This document shows positions 1 through 10,500 of a DNA stretch of 63,641 bases, piece by piece. The notes beneath the pieces were generated by a model that saw nothing but the letters and a program-made list of their open reading frames with translations, had not been told where the DNA came from and did not search any database. The number at the start of each line of letters is the position of its first letter. Positions within the stretch are counted from its first letter, which is position 1. This DNA is from a virus (lineage: Duplodnaviria > Caudoviricetes). The stretch spans positions 1-63,641 of IMG/VR virus record IMGVR_UViG_3300036830_000465, one strand, 5' to 3'. Made by a program: the position numbers and the translations under genes.

Positions 1-20
1 TGTCATTACTGGGTTCTCCG

Positions 21-779
21 TTATTTCTCGATTGATTTGACGGCGCGCTGCGCTTTCCATCCTGAGTCTCGCAGGTCGGTCCATTCCTTGATCAGCGTCC
101 GCATTCCTTCAACGTTACCATCCATCGACATGTAACGCTTCCCAAGCTGGACGTTTCGGTCGTGATTCGGATTGCCCTCTTCGGTTTCGTGCGAGCGCGG
201 ATGAAACAGGTGGTACACATTCCCATGGACGCGCTCGTTCGCGCCGCGCAATGTTTGCGGGGCTATTCTAAGGGCCCAATCATCTACGCCCCAGTAGTAC
301 AGGCGCTCGTCCAGCCACCCGATCTCATCGAATAGGTCTCGCCGGAACGCCTGGCAATTTGAAAATGTCGGGCCATAGGAACCATACGGAGGTTCGAGTA
401 AGTCGTCGGCCGGTTTCTCCGGAAGCCGCAGCGTGCCAGCCAGCAGCGCATCGGTTGCCGCGCCGTTTAAGGCATAGCGCCAGTCGTGACAATAGACCAT
501 TCTGCCCGTGTCTGCCGCGATCTGGAGGCCTTGCCGGACCTGCAGCACGCCTTGCATGATCACGTCAGAATCGATGATCAGGCAGAGTTCCCAGTTGCCA
601 GCATCGCGCGCCGCGTCATTGACCGCTTCGGCACGGGAGAATCCCCCGATGTTGTGGTGACCTTCGAAAATCTCGAGGTCTGGAAAGTAGTGTTCCCACC
701 AATCGCGGCAGAATCCCCAGAGGCGATCACGGCGGCCGCTGTCTTTGCGGCGGGGAACGAGGATGACGGTTTTCATCAT
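21..779 (-). CDS. GT-A fold glycosyltransferase (GT2/GT7C-like)
   Basis: IIDSDV DxD motif, WGVDD, YHLFH C-terminal motif. Confidence 0.85.
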   Translation of the reverse strand: MMKTVILVPRRKDSGRRDRLWGFCRDWWEHYFPDLEIFEGHHNIGGFSRAEAVNDAARDAGNWELCLIIDSDVIMQGVLQVRQGLQIAADTGRMVYCHDWRYALNGAATDALLAGTLRLPEKPADDLLEPPYGSYGPTFSNCQAFRRDLFDEIGWLDERLYYWGVDDWALRIAPQTLRGANERVHGNVYHLFHPRSHETEEGNPNHDRNVQLGKRYMSMDGNVEGMRTLIKEWTDLRDSGWKAQRAVKSIEK

Positions 780-949
780 CGGATTGTCATGGGCGGCGCC
801 GGAGGCGGCGCTGGCTTCAGATATAGCGGTGGGGCCGGTATCCGGTCGTTGCCAAACCTCGGCGGTGGAGGAGGATTTGGAGCTTTAACCGGCGGCCATG
901 ATTTTCGATTTCGAATTCCGGGACAGTATGAGCAGTAGAACAGGCGCAT
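776..949 (-). CDS. Small Pro-rich hypothetical protein
   Basis: Fills the gap between two genes; stop overlaps the downstream ATG (ATGA); start at 949 chosen manually. Confidence 0.4.
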   Translation of the reverse strand: MRLFYCSYCPGIRNRKSWPPVKAPNPPPPPRFGNDRIPAPPLYLKPAPPPAPPMTIR

Positions 950-986
950 CCTTCGATGGAAAATCAAATGAATGATTCTGGGCAGG

Positions 987-2288
987 CTAATATCCACTTC
1001 CAGTCCTTTCGATTCCGATATGTGTAACCCGAGGCCCGTCGCTTCGCTTCCCCAGAAACGCACACCGGTAGCCCTGATCCCACAACCGCGGCCCAAACTT
1101 CCCCTCTGATCCCGGAGCTTCCGGCCAGCCCATTCTCGCGATGCGGATGGGATACATACTGGGATTCGTCGAAAAGAACGCCCGGTGCGTCAGGTAATCT
1201 ACCCCGCCCCAGGACTCGTCCTTATAAAGGTCGGGCCACTGCGCAATGAACCCACCATCCGCTGGCTCCGCGCCCCACGGCTGGCGGCGCAAGCACACCT
1301 GCGCAAGGTCCGGATGGCTCTCCAGCAGGTTAAACGTTTCGTTCAAGTCCCACGGCTGATTGAGCAGAAAATCGTCTTCGCAGTGAACGATATATTCCGC
1401 GTGCGGCGGAATCAGCGCCCAGCCCTTTTGAATCGCGCCGGCGAAACCCAGGCGCCCCTGACTGTGGAAGATCGTAAACTCCGGAAACGCCGCGTCCAGC
1501 CATGCGGCATACTCCGGGCTCTGCGAGTCGTCGACCATGACATGGGAATTGCAGCGGGCCCGCACGCTGGCAAAGGAAGCCATCGTCCGCTCCATGCACT
1601 GCCGCCGCCCATCGGTAAGAACCAGCATGGCAATGTGACGGTCTTTGGCCCGGAAGATATCCGGGTGCACACGATCAGCGACGAACTGACGCTCGAACTG
1701 TGGCGGCAGCGTAATATCCGCCGTGATGTCTTCACGAATGTAGAGCATCCAGTTCTGGCGGTACCAGGGCGGAATCGCGGCCACATCCCAGAACTTGGAT
1801 TGAATAAACGGATGCGCCCAGAATTTCCGCTGATAGAAACGCTCGGCCCACCAGGACTGCCATTTTTCCGTCTGATGCCCTTCGCCGCCCTGGCCGGGGA
1901 TCGCCGCGGAGAACAAGACCATCGGCGCCATGTTGCACAGGTCGGCAACCAGCCGCTCTGCAGCGGCCGCGCTCAGGTGCTCAGCCACTTCCAGGCAGAT
2001 CGCCAACTCGCGCATTTTCCCGGCGATGTAACGGGACGATTCGAAGTTGTGGCGCCTGTACTCACCGACCGCGATCTCCATGCGCCGGTCCGCCCATTCG
2101 TGCCCGTCCACACCGTACACTTCGGCGGCGCCGCAGCGTTTGGCTTCGGCGAGAAAGTGACCCTCGCCACAGCCAATATCGATAATGGATTGCGGGTTGA
2201 ATAGGTCCATCAGCCAGGGAATCACCTGCGCTGCCGCAGCCTGACAGCCCGGACGAATGCTGTTGTAGAAGGCCTGATCGTAGCTCAC
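987..2288 (-). CDS. Class I SAM methyltransferase fused to C-terminal GT-A glycosyltransferase
   Basis: IIDIGCGEG and CLEVAEHL in the N-half; MVDDS and HCEDDF in the C-half. Confidence 0.85.
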   Translation of the reverse strand: MSYDQAFYNSIRPGCQAAAAQVIPWLMDLFNPQSIIDIGCGEGHFLAEAKRCGAAEVYGVDGHEWADRRMEIAVGEYRRHNFESSRYIAGKMRELAICLEVAEHLSAAAAERLVADLCNMAPMVLFSAAIPGQGGEGHQTEKWQSWWAERFYQRKFWAHPFIQSKFWDVAAIPPWYRQNWMLYIREDITADITLPPQFERQFVADRVHPDIFRAKDRHIAMLVLTDGRRQCMERTMASFASVRARCNSHVMVDDSQSPEYAAWLDAAFPEFTIFHSQGRLGFAGAIQKGWALIPPHAEYIVHCEDDFLLNQPWDLNETFNLLESHPDLAQVCLRRQPWGAEPADGGFIAQWPDLYKDESWGGVDYLTHRAFFSTNPSMYPIRIARMGWPEAPGSEGKFGPRLWDQGYRCAFLGKRSDGPRVTHIGIERTGSGY

Positions 2289-2827
2289 CGCGTGACCTTC
2301 AGGACAATTTCAATGCCGTGCTCGATTTCCCCGGCGCCGTGGCGGATGACTTCTTTGGTGAACGCGCATCCGGCGGCGCGAATGATATCGGTGAATTCAG
2401 TCTCGTTGAACGACAGGTCGGGTACCTCCGCGTGATTGAAGTGAATCCGGATGTCCCGGGTCGGACCATCATGCAACGGAGTGAATAAAACGATGAATAA
2501 TTTATTGCGGAACGAGGCCAGCGCGTTCTGGAGGATGGCCTTCCATTCGTAGTTATGCTCAAAAACATGGCGGATAAAAAGTGCCGGCACATCCGATCGG
2601 TAGGTTTCCAGATCGACAATCGCATCGACGTTCGGGCTTTTCGATCCATCGATGCCACGGTACTGGATTCCGCGTGGCAGCAGCCCCTTAAACCATCCAG
2701 GTCCGCAACCCCACTCCTCGATGAACGTTTGGTCCGCCAGCCAGACCGCGCCCATGTGATAGGTGGTGGTCACGCCATACGGGAAAACGGTTTCATGGTA
2801 TTTGTCCCACTTGCCCACATTGCTCAA
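2285..2827 (-). CDS. SAM-dependent methyltransferase-like protein
   Basis: EWGCGPG, YRGIDGS, RHVFEH; TTG start at 2827 overlaps the upstream stop (TTGA). Confidence 0.75.
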   Translation of the reverse strand: MSNVGKWDKYHETVFPYGVTTTYHMGAVWLADQTFIEEWGCGPGWFKGLLPRGIQYRGIDGSKSPNVDAIVDLETYRSDVPALFIRHVFEHNYEWKAILQNALASFRNKLFIVLFTPLHDGPTRDIRIHFNHAEVPDLSFNETEFTDIIRAAGCAFTKEVIRHGAGEIEHGIEIVLKVTR

Positions 2828-3453
2828 ATCAATCCTGCTTTCTGCGCGAGCGGCGTGTAGCGATCGCGAATTTGACCACAGATCTCCTGATATTGGCGAT
2901 GTTCCAGCTGGTTTCTCGATTGGGGGCGCCAGTTCTGGCGGTAGATCGAGCGCGGCGCAAAGCCGATCGAGGCGCCGGCTGTCCACGATTTCAAATAGAA
3001 AGCCCAGTCCTCGCAGATTCTCCAGTCGTCAAAGCCGCCCAGCCTCAGGAACAACTCTCGCCGGATGAACGCGCCGACGACAATGTAGTTGCCGGTCAGG
3101 AGTGGCCGCGGTTCGATCTCGAATGGTTCCGGCATCGGCGTTTCGTTTGGGCCTTCCGAGAGCACGCGCACCCGGGGCCGCCGAATGTCTCCGGTAGCCT
3201 CCAGCATCCCCTCGATATATTCCGGCTCCAGCTCGTCATCGCCGTCCAGGAAGCATAGCCAGTCGCATTCGGTCATGGCGGCTGCCGCGTTACGGGATTC
3301 CTGAAGCGTGCCGCGGTGAATGCGCAGTATTTCGTCGGGCTGGTGAGTCTGGGTTTGCAGCGAACCCACAGCGCGCCGGGCAAACTCATTCCATATGGAA
3401 CGGTCGCCGAATGTACAGATGAGCACGGCGGTGGTCTCAGAAGCAGATGCCAT
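2824..3453 (-). CDS. GT2 family glycosyltransferase
   Basis: RNAAA, WLCFLDGDD, GGFDD..EDW. Confidence 0.88.
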   Translation of the reverse strand: MASASETTAVLICTFGDRSIWNEFARRAVGSLQTQTHQPDEILRIHRGTLQESRNAAAAMTECDWLCFLDGDDELEPEYIEGMLEATGDIRRPRVRVLSEGPNETPMPEPFEIEPRPLLTGNYIVVGAFIRRELFLRLGGFDDWRICEDWAFYLKSWTAGASIGFAPRSIYRQNWRPQSRNQLEHRQYQEICGQIRDRYTPLAQKAGLI

Positions 3454-4024
3454 ACTTTTCTTTGTAAAGCGCCCAGCCGCGATTAAGCCAATAGGTCTTG
3501 TAAACAATCACCTCGACCGTGTCGTCTTCCGGGCTCTGATGCGTGATTGGCAGGGAGACCGGCGTCACGTCGAAGCCAGCATTTTCTGTTCGTAACTCGA
3601 AGTCGGTTTCCTCGAAGCTCCAGTGGAACCGGCAATCGAACATGTCCAGGCGCTCGAACCATTCCCGCCGGACGAACATCGCGGCCCCACAGACCCAGTT
3701 CTTCAGGCCCCACAGCTCAATAATTTCGCGGTTTTTCCCAAAGCTTTCGCCGCACACCATCGTCTTCGGCAGTCCGGCAAAGCACCGCTCCACCGCCTCC
3801 AGCGATCCGCTGACGACGGCATCCGGGTTGATGAATCCGAGAATGTCGGCGCGGGCTTGCAGCGCGCCCAGGTTGCAGGCCTTGGCGAAACCACGATTGT
3901 CGATGCGGTTGTCGATGACGATGAAATTGCCAATGCAGGGATCCGCCGCGAGAATCGGACGCAGCGCTTCGGCCTGGTCGTGGGTTTTTTCGTTATAGAC
4001 CACCGTCACCACGTCAATGCTCAT
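3437..4024 (-). CDS. GT2 family glycosyltransferase
   Basis: NRGFAKACNLG, FINPD, GAAMFVRR, FEETDF. Confidence 0.88.
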   Translation of the reverse strand: MSIDVVTVVYNEKTHDQAEALRPILAADPCIGNFIVIDNRIDNRGFAKACNLGALQARADILGFINPDAVVSGSLEAVERCFAGLPKTMVCGESFGKNREIIELWGLKNWVCGAAMFVRREWFERLDMFDCRFHWSFEETDFELRTENAGFDVTPVSLPITHQSPEDDTVEVIVYKTYWLNRGWALYKEKYGICF

Positions 4025-4368
4025 ACCGCTTTGACCACAACCCAGATGTCCGGCGCCGACGTCGAGGGGTAGGGATGCGTGCCGTCTCCATCGGCGACAA
4101 ACCAGCGCGCACGATACGGGGAAAGATCGGCTGAGAGATCGTCGGCGTCGCGATTGAATCGCGCCTTACTGAGCGCCTCGTCTTCCCAGACGACCTTGCC
4201 GCTGGTCACGACGGCCACACCGTCGCAGCCGCACAATTCCAGGGAAATGGTTTTCCCGGTGGCGTCAAACGGCGCCGGATCGTCAAAGGAATCAAACGCG
4301 CGGTTTTTCAACTGAACGATGACGGGCTCGTCAATGCTTTCGATAATGGAATCCAGCGTCAGGCTCAT
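4021..4368 (-). CDS. Virion structural protein, BppU-N-like
   Basis: Size and pattern (P.D.TG.TI.L, D.DL....Y.A.W, YPS) resemble BppU N-terminal domains; late-operon context. Confidence 0.5.
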   Translation of the reverse strand: MSLTLDSIIESIDEPVIVQLKNRAFDSFDDPAPFDATGKTISLELCGCDGVAVVTSGKVVWEDEALSKARFNRDADDLSADLSPYRARWFVADGDGTHPYPSTSAPDIWVVVKAV

Positions 4369-4629
4369 TCACTCCACCTTTCCAACGGTTCGGACAAGCG
4401 CCGCGGGAATACTCGAGCGCTCGATTGCTGCGTTGTGGCCCGACCGGACCATGGCCGCCGGCATGGCGCTCCCGAGATCGCGGGCATCGACGGTCGAGCG
4501 GTAAACCATATCCGGCAGGAAGTAGGACGTGAGGCGCGCGGCCACATGGGTAATGTTGTCGCCGAGATCTTCGACGACGGCCGGCGTCTGCCCCAAAGAG
4601 AATCGCCCGATCGGTGCTCCTCCAAACAT
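4369..4629 (-). CDS. Hypothetical virion-associated protein
   Basis: GGAG before ATG 4629; tightly packed in the operon. Confidence 0.55.
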   Translation of the reverse strand: MFGGAPIGRFSLGQTPAVVEDLGDNITHVAARLTSYFLPDMVYRSTVDARDLGSAMPAAMVRSGHNAAIERSSIPAALVRTVGKVE

Positions 4630-4636
4630 CGCTCCC

Positions 4637-5320
4637 TCAATCCAGATAGCTTCGCCATTCGGCGTCGTAAGTCTGCGGCGGCCCAATGCCGGGCAGGCCT
4701 TCAGTGAAATGCACCAGCGCGGGATCGATGTCCGGATTCGAATGGCCGGACAGCCAGTTCCAGGCTTCCGGCAGAAATCCGATTTCATGGTCCGGCAGCC
4801 AGCAAAACCGGTGCAGATCCCGGCCGGGTAACAAATTCAGCAAGTCGAGTGTCAGCCGCTGATGTGACGGGTGAGACAGATTCCAGAGCAGGACGCTGCT
4901 CCAGTTTTTGCGCGGATACGCGGTCTGAACATGGACGCCTTTCTTCACTGCCGCCGCCGGCTCGTAATGATGGGGAACCGCCATGACGGCAAACTGATGA
5001 TCCGCCAGCGCGAACAGCTGCTGAATGTCGGCGCGAAACAACACGTCTCCATCCACGAACAGCACCCAGGGGCAATCATCAATCTGCGGGATGAAGAAGC
5101 GCGCAATCGCATGTGCGGTGCTCATCGGCGCCTGAGAGATATCGTCCCAGGCTCGGCCATCACGAACGCTGGTCGCTCTCGTATAAAGCTGGTGCGCCAG
5201 ATGATGCCGGGAGATCCACCGGATATCGACGGGAGCGGTGGCGTGCCGGCGCAGCGATGCCGTCGCCACGCGCACCGCGTCCTGCTCGTCCGGATCCCAG
5301 CCGATGTACACGCGATTCAT
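4637..5320 (-). CDS. Glycosyltransferase (GT8-like, phage/CDI type)
   Basis: YIGWD, STAHAIARF, FVDGD, YPRKNWSS, VHFTEG. Confidence 0.85.
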   Translation of the reverse strand: MNRVYIGWDPDEQDAVRVATASLRRHATAPVDIRWISRHHLAHQLYTRATSVRDGRAWDDISQAPMSTAHAIARFFIPQIDDCPWVLFVDGDVLFRADIQQLFALADHQFAVMAVPHHYEPAAAVKKGVHVQTAYPRKNWSSVLLWNLSHPSHQRLTLDLLNLLPGRDLHRFCWLPDHEIGFLPEAWNWLSGHSNPDIDPALVHFTEGLPGIGPPQTYDAEWRSYLD

Positions 5321-5328
5321 GGCTGAAA

Positions 5329-5583
5329 TCAGGCAGCCTCTCCGGAGCCGGACCCGGCTTTCGAATCTTCGGTATCGACTGAAAATGGGACGCCGGCAAA
5401 CATCTTCTCCTTGAGGCTGCGCACCTCGGTCTTCAGGGCTTCAACCTGCGATTGCAGGACCGCCTTTTCGGCTGCGTCTGCGGTGGCCGTGATGGTCTTT
5501 CGGATCTCGGCGATCTTGACCCGGATTTCATCGACGCGGCGGACATAGAGTTGCTTGTTCTGTTTCTGTGGATTATTAGCCAT
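5329..5583 (-). CDS. Small coiled-coil protein
   Basis: GGAG RBS; heptad pattern. Confidence 0.6.
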   Translation of the reverse strand: MANNPQKQNKQLYVRRVDEIRVKIAEIRKTITATADAAEKAVLQSQVEALKTEVRSLKEKMFAGVPFSVDTEDSKAGSGSGEAA

Positions 5584-5595
5584 GGCGGATTCTCC

Positions 5596-6918
5596 TTATT
5601 TGCGTTTGGGTTTCGGACCGACGACGACGCGAAGCTCGCTCCCGGCTTCGACAATTTTCCGGATCTGAAAATGGCGTTCGAGTTTGGTTTCCCACCACTC
5701 CCGGCACTTCTGGATCAGATGGGTGTTGCGGCCGTCCGGCAGCGTCTTCTGTGCCGGGCGCATGCTGATGGTGAAGTAGCCGGCCTTGAGGACGCACCGG
5801 CGCAAATCGTCCAACACCAGATCGATGAATTCCGGCTCGATGTGTTCGAGCACGTCCGTACAGACGACGATATCGGCGGGCTTTGGACACTCGGTCTTGC
5901 CGGGAATCGCCGGGTCGTATTCCGCGATTGCCCAGGGGATGTTTTTACCGAGATGCCCCTTACCGCAGCCGTAGTCGAGAATGTTCTTGGTTTTCAGGAG
6001 TTCTGAAAAATGAATTACGATCGCTGCGTGCCGCGCGCCGCCCACGCCATAAGCCAGATTCTCGCGGTGCAACTGCTCGTTCATCGAGCGGTATTCCACC
6101 GACAGCAGTTCGGGTTTCTTCGATGCCATCGCCGGCATCCCGTTCTTATGGGTTTTCCGGACATAGCGTTTGGCCATCGCCTGGACCAGGCCTTCACCGT
6201 GGAACGTGGCGGTCACATCCGGCAGCTGATCCAGTTCGTGCCAGGTCTCTTTCGCGCACTGCAGCATGGCCGTTGTGGTGCGGTAGGACACCCCCTCGTA
6301 GTCGATGACGCTGAAATCCTGCGGCTGGTTCGGATGCGCCGCCGCGTGCTTGCCGAACGGCCCCTCGCAGCCGTCCATTCCAAAGACATGCAAATTGGTG
6401 TAGCCGAGAAAACGGGCGATGGTCATGGCGCGCAAGCCAACATTGGATCCGCCGGTGATTGCCCATTCGCCGCGTGGCTGCAGGCGCAGCAGCTCAAGCT
6501 CGTTGGTGAACACGTGCCAGAGCCGGACGTCAAAGCCTTCCAGGTGATCAAACAGCTTGGGATGACAGGCCGAGGCAATCAGGTATTCCACGCCCGCGTG
6601 CGGCAGTCCCAGTAGCGCCACCTTGTGTTCCCGCGGATCGACCTCGACGTGATGCGTGGGAATGATGCCGCGATCGATCAGGAATTTGTGGCTGCCCGAG
6701 CAGCTGATAATGGTTTTATAGGACCGGATCTCTTCCCAGGTTTCATTGAGGCTCGGCCCGTAGCAGACGATCGCCGCCGGCTGCGATTGCAGCCGGCCTT
6801 CCTGGATCCGCCCGCGCACGCGAGCGGTCGAGAGCCGGACCTGTTCGTCCCGAAGCCAGAGCGGAATGCAGTATTCGACTTTCAGTTGTTCATCGATGTG
6901 AAGCGTCCGGGGCTCCAT
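5596..6918 (-). CDS. Maf/DUF115 (MAF_flag10/MptE-like) domain fused to SAM methyltransferase
   Basis: AIVCYGPSL, VEVDP, GGSNVG..A...GY..LHVFGMD; C-terminal ILDYGCGKG and CTDVLEHI; true start near 6918 (TGATG overlap). Confidence 0.8.
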   Translation of the reverse strand: MEPRTLHIDEQLKVEYCIPLWLRDEQVRLSTARVRGRIQEGRLQSQPAAIVCYGPSLNETWEEIRSYKTIISCSGSHKFLIDRGIIPTHHVEVDPREHKVALLGLPHAGVEYLIASACHPKLFDHLEGFDVRLWHVFTNELELLRLQPRGEWAITGGSNVGLRAMTIARFLGYTNLHVFGMDGCEGPFGKHAAAHPNQPQDFSVIDYEGVSYRTTTAMLQCAKETWHELDQLPDVTATFHGEGLVQAMAKRYVRKTHKNGMPAMASKKPELLSVEYRSMNEQLHRENLAYGVGGARHAAIVIHFSELLKTKNILDYGCGKGHLGKNIPWAIAEYDPAIPGKTECPKPADIVVCTDVLEHIEPEFIDLVLDDLRRCVLKAGYFTISMRPAQKTLPDGRNTHLIQKCREWWETKLERHFQIRKIVEAGSELRVVVGPKPKRK

Positions 6919-7535
6919 CACGCCCATAAATCGATCCTTCCCACGCCGGTATAGTCGCGAACGATGACGTCGGTGATTTCCACGTCGCCGATTGCGCCCG
7001 GCGGCTGCACCATGAGGCCCACCTGTCCTTTGCCGCTGGCAATATTGGTGTCCGTGGCTTTGGTGATCAGGACGCCATTCTGATAAACGAAAATACTGCT
7101 GCCGATGGCGACGGCTGTATAGATATCGCCGACAGTCATCGTGATCGTCGGTGGGGTATTGATCGCCGTTTCCACGCCGGCGACCAGCGCCCACATCTCG
7201 GCGCGCTGACTGCTGCCACTGGCATTCATGACGAAAAATATTTCGTAGCCGTTGTTGCCGGCCACATCCGCACGCAGGAACAGAATCACCGAAGTCACGC
7301 CAGGGTTTGCCGGATTGAGCGTGGCCAGTCGGCAGCTCACCATCTGATCCGGCGTTGGCGTGAATCCGCCGAAGATTCCGGTGTTGTAGGGGCCCGGGTT
7401 CACCAGAGCTGAGGACCGGACCTTGTTGCCCACCACCTTCAGGGGGACTCCGGTGGTGCCCACGCTCCACTTGCCGCCGCTCGATAGCGGATTCTCGTCG
7501 GCCTGCGGGAAGCTGTCCTTGTAGTACTGGATCAT
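6918..7535 (-). CDS. Beta-rich (ConA/lectin-like) virion protein
   Basis: Beta-strand-rich composition; coupled to the fibre gene. Confidence 0.55.
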   Translation of the reverse strand: MIQYYKDSFPQADENPLSSGGKWSVGTTGVPLKVVGNKVRSSALVNPGPYNTGIFGGFTPTPDQMVSCRLATLNPANPGVTSVILFLRADVAGNNGYEIFFVMNASGSSQRAEMWALVAGVETAINTPPTITMTVGDIYTAVAIGSSIFVYQNGVLITKATDTNIASGKGQVGLMVQPPGAIGDVEITDVIVRDYTGVGRIDLWA

Positions 7536-10500
7536 GCGATTTTAAACACCTGAATGTAGGACCCGGCTTCAATGGTGATCGCCGCCGTGGTGGTGCTGGC
7601 TTTGGCCTGCAGCTGAATGACGCCCGTGGTGCTGACCACAAACAATCCGGTATAGGTCACAAACGCGCTGATCTGGGTTGCGGAAATCGTCGACACAATC
7701 ACCGAGCCCGACGCCGCGTCTCCGTCGAAGGGAACGTGCTGGCCGACTACGGAAATGGTCTGGAATCCCTGGAGAGCCGAACCCGAGGCATAAACCTTGC
7801 CGCGCGCCCGAACCATAGCCGGGAAGGTCAGCCCGAACCCATAAGGCTGGGCCGCCGCACCGCGCAGCGTGTAGAGAAATGCCTGTAGCTGATAGATGCC
7901 GCCCGCCACCACGGCAGCGCTCAGTCCCGCAATATTGGTCAGCGACGTCGCCGAAATCACCACCGGCGATGCGAGAACTCTTGTGATTGGCCCCTTGACC
8001 ACGGCAGAAAGTACCGATACCTGTTGGCTGAGCACAGAAACGTCCTGGGATACGGCATTAACAGCCGAGGCGCGGACGCTCGCTTCGTTGCTGAGAACGG
8101 TGGAAATCACGCTCGCCTGCTGGCTGATGACAGACAGCCCTTGAGATAATGCGTTCACGGCAGAAACACGGTTCGCTGTTTCTGCGCTCAGGGCATTACT
8201 GACGATCGAGGCGGCGTTCGATGCGGCATTGACTCCCGAAATTCGATTGCTCGTCTCATTGCTCAAGGCATTGCTGACCACGGACACACCTTGAGAGAGA
8301 ACCGAAATCTGCTGGCTCAGGATGGAAACCGAATTCAGCAGCGCCGCTGCTGCCGACACCCGGTTCGAGGTTTCATTCGACAGCGCATTACTCACCACGT
8401 CAATCGCGCTTTTCGCCTGGGCGCTGACCGCGGACAGCTCATCGCTCGTCACGGATCCCGTCCCGGCCGCGACCGCGCTGTTTGCCGAGACTCGATTCGA
8501 AAGCACATTGTGCGCTGAAGTGAGATTGGAGACCTGAGCCGTCAAGACGCTGATCTGCTGGCTCAGGACCGATGCCGCTTGACTTAGGGTGTCATCTTTT
8601 GAAATTCGCGCCGCGGTCTCAACGCTTAACGCCTGAGACACGATGGATGCTGCGCTTGAAGCCGCGTTCGCTACCGAGAGGGCATTCGATGCCGCCGTCG
8701 AGACGATCGACACGGCCTGGCTCACAATGCTTGCCGCGTTGCTGGCGGCGTTGACGCCCGATATCCGGTTACTGGTTTCGTTGCTGAGCGCGTTGGCGGC
8801 AACAGAAACCGATTGCGAGGCCACACTGACCGCCTGGGATAGCAGGGATACCTGCTGGCTCAAGATCGATACGGAATTGGAAAGCGCGTTGTGCGCGGAC
8901 TGCCGATTGGAGATCTCATTCGAAAGGCCCTGCGACGCCACCGACACACCCTGGCTCAAAGTGGAAGCCTGTTGACTCAGCACCGAGGCCGCCTGGCTCA
9001 CCACGTTCACCGCAGACGCGCGATTCGATGCCTCGTTCGAGAGGCCCTGAGACAGTAGCGAGAGCGCCTGGCTCAGCGTGGACACCTGCTGGGAAAGCAC
9101 CGAAATCCCCTGCGACAGAGTGTCATCTTTCGCCACCCGGGCGGCCGATTCCACGCTCAGGGCCTGGGAAATAATCGACGCGGCATTGCTGACGACGTTG
9201 ATCGCCGAGGCCGCTTTCGCCGACACCGCCGAGAGTTCATTGCTCGTCACGCTGCCGCTTCCGCCACCGGCCGATACCAGATTGCTGACCGTGTTCGACA
9301 GCGTATTATGTGAGGCCGCCAGCGCGGACAGTGAATTGGACAGCGCGGCATCAGCCGAGGTGCGATTGCTGGTTTCGTTACTCAGGCCTTGCGATAAAAC
9401 GGATGCTGCTTGACTGACCGCGTTGACGGCTGAGGTTCGGACCGAGATTTCATTGGAAAGTGCGCCGCTTAGAATGGACGCCGCCTGGCTGAGAACCGAG
9501 GCTTGCTGCGACAGCACGGACGTGGCGTTCGACAGCAGGTCGTTCTTAGCAATCCGCGCTGCGGTTTCTACGCTGAGTCCCTGGCTGACCACACTGGCAG
9601 CATTACTTGCCGCATCGGCAACGCTTTTGACGTTCGAGAGTTCGGTGCTGGTGACACTCCCGGAGCCGCCACCGGCGGCGCTGTTGGCGGAAACGCGGTT
9701 ACTCAGGACGTCGTGCGCAGAAGCCAGATTGCTGAGCGTGTTCGATACCTGCCCGATGGCCGAGCCGCGGTTCGACGTTTCGTTGCTGAGGGCCTGGCTG
9801 ATAACGGAAGCACTTTGCGACAGGGAGTCCACGGCTGCCACTCGAACCGACTGCTCGTTCGACAGCGCACCGGAAACGCGGTTGACCGCGGAACTGCGAT
9901 TGGACGTTTCATTGGAAAGCGCCTGGGAGATCACCGAAGCGGACTGGGATACCGCGTCCACCTGCCCCTGCCGGGCGACGGCTTCGGTCGATACGAGACC
10001 GGACACCAGCGCCAGCCCCACGGCGATCGCGCTGATGGCATTGGAGGCCAGCGCGATCGCGGCGGTAAAGACGCCATCCACTGATGTGCGGGCGGCGGAT
10101 TCGACGCTCAACTGCTGGGAGACGGCCGAGATCCCGCTGGCCAGCTGCACGTCCACCGACGCGCGCGACGCGGATTCTGCGGCAATGCTCTCTGACAGAA
10201 CTGAAACGGCGGCGCTCAAGGCATCGTCGCCGGCTACTCGCGCGCTGGTTTCATTCGATGCCGCCTGTCCCAATCCTGCGGTTTCGGCGGCAAGCACGGA
10301 AACTGCAGCGCTCAGGGATTCGCGGGCGGCGCTTTCGGAATCGAATGCGCTTTCAATGTCGTCGAAATCTTTGGCTGTGGCCGCCCGGGCAATGTTGTCA
10401 TTGGCGCCAATCGCCAGCGCGGCGGTACCTTCTTGCGCCCTGGCATCGAGCGTCAGGACATCGCCGGCGCGATTCGACACCCGGACAATTTCCGCGCTTC

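Noticed and set aside
21-6918. GT cluster as a host LPS/capsule locus or a DNA-hypermodification cluster
   Set aside because: No flippase, polymerase, sugar-synthesis or base-hydroxymethylase genes seen; the genes are interleaved and translationally coupled with virion genes
6919-7641. N-terminal 240 aa of the 681-aa ORF 5596-7641
   Set aside because: Out-of-frame overlap with the real 6918-7535 gene; the protein-like sequence starts at MEPRTL (6918)
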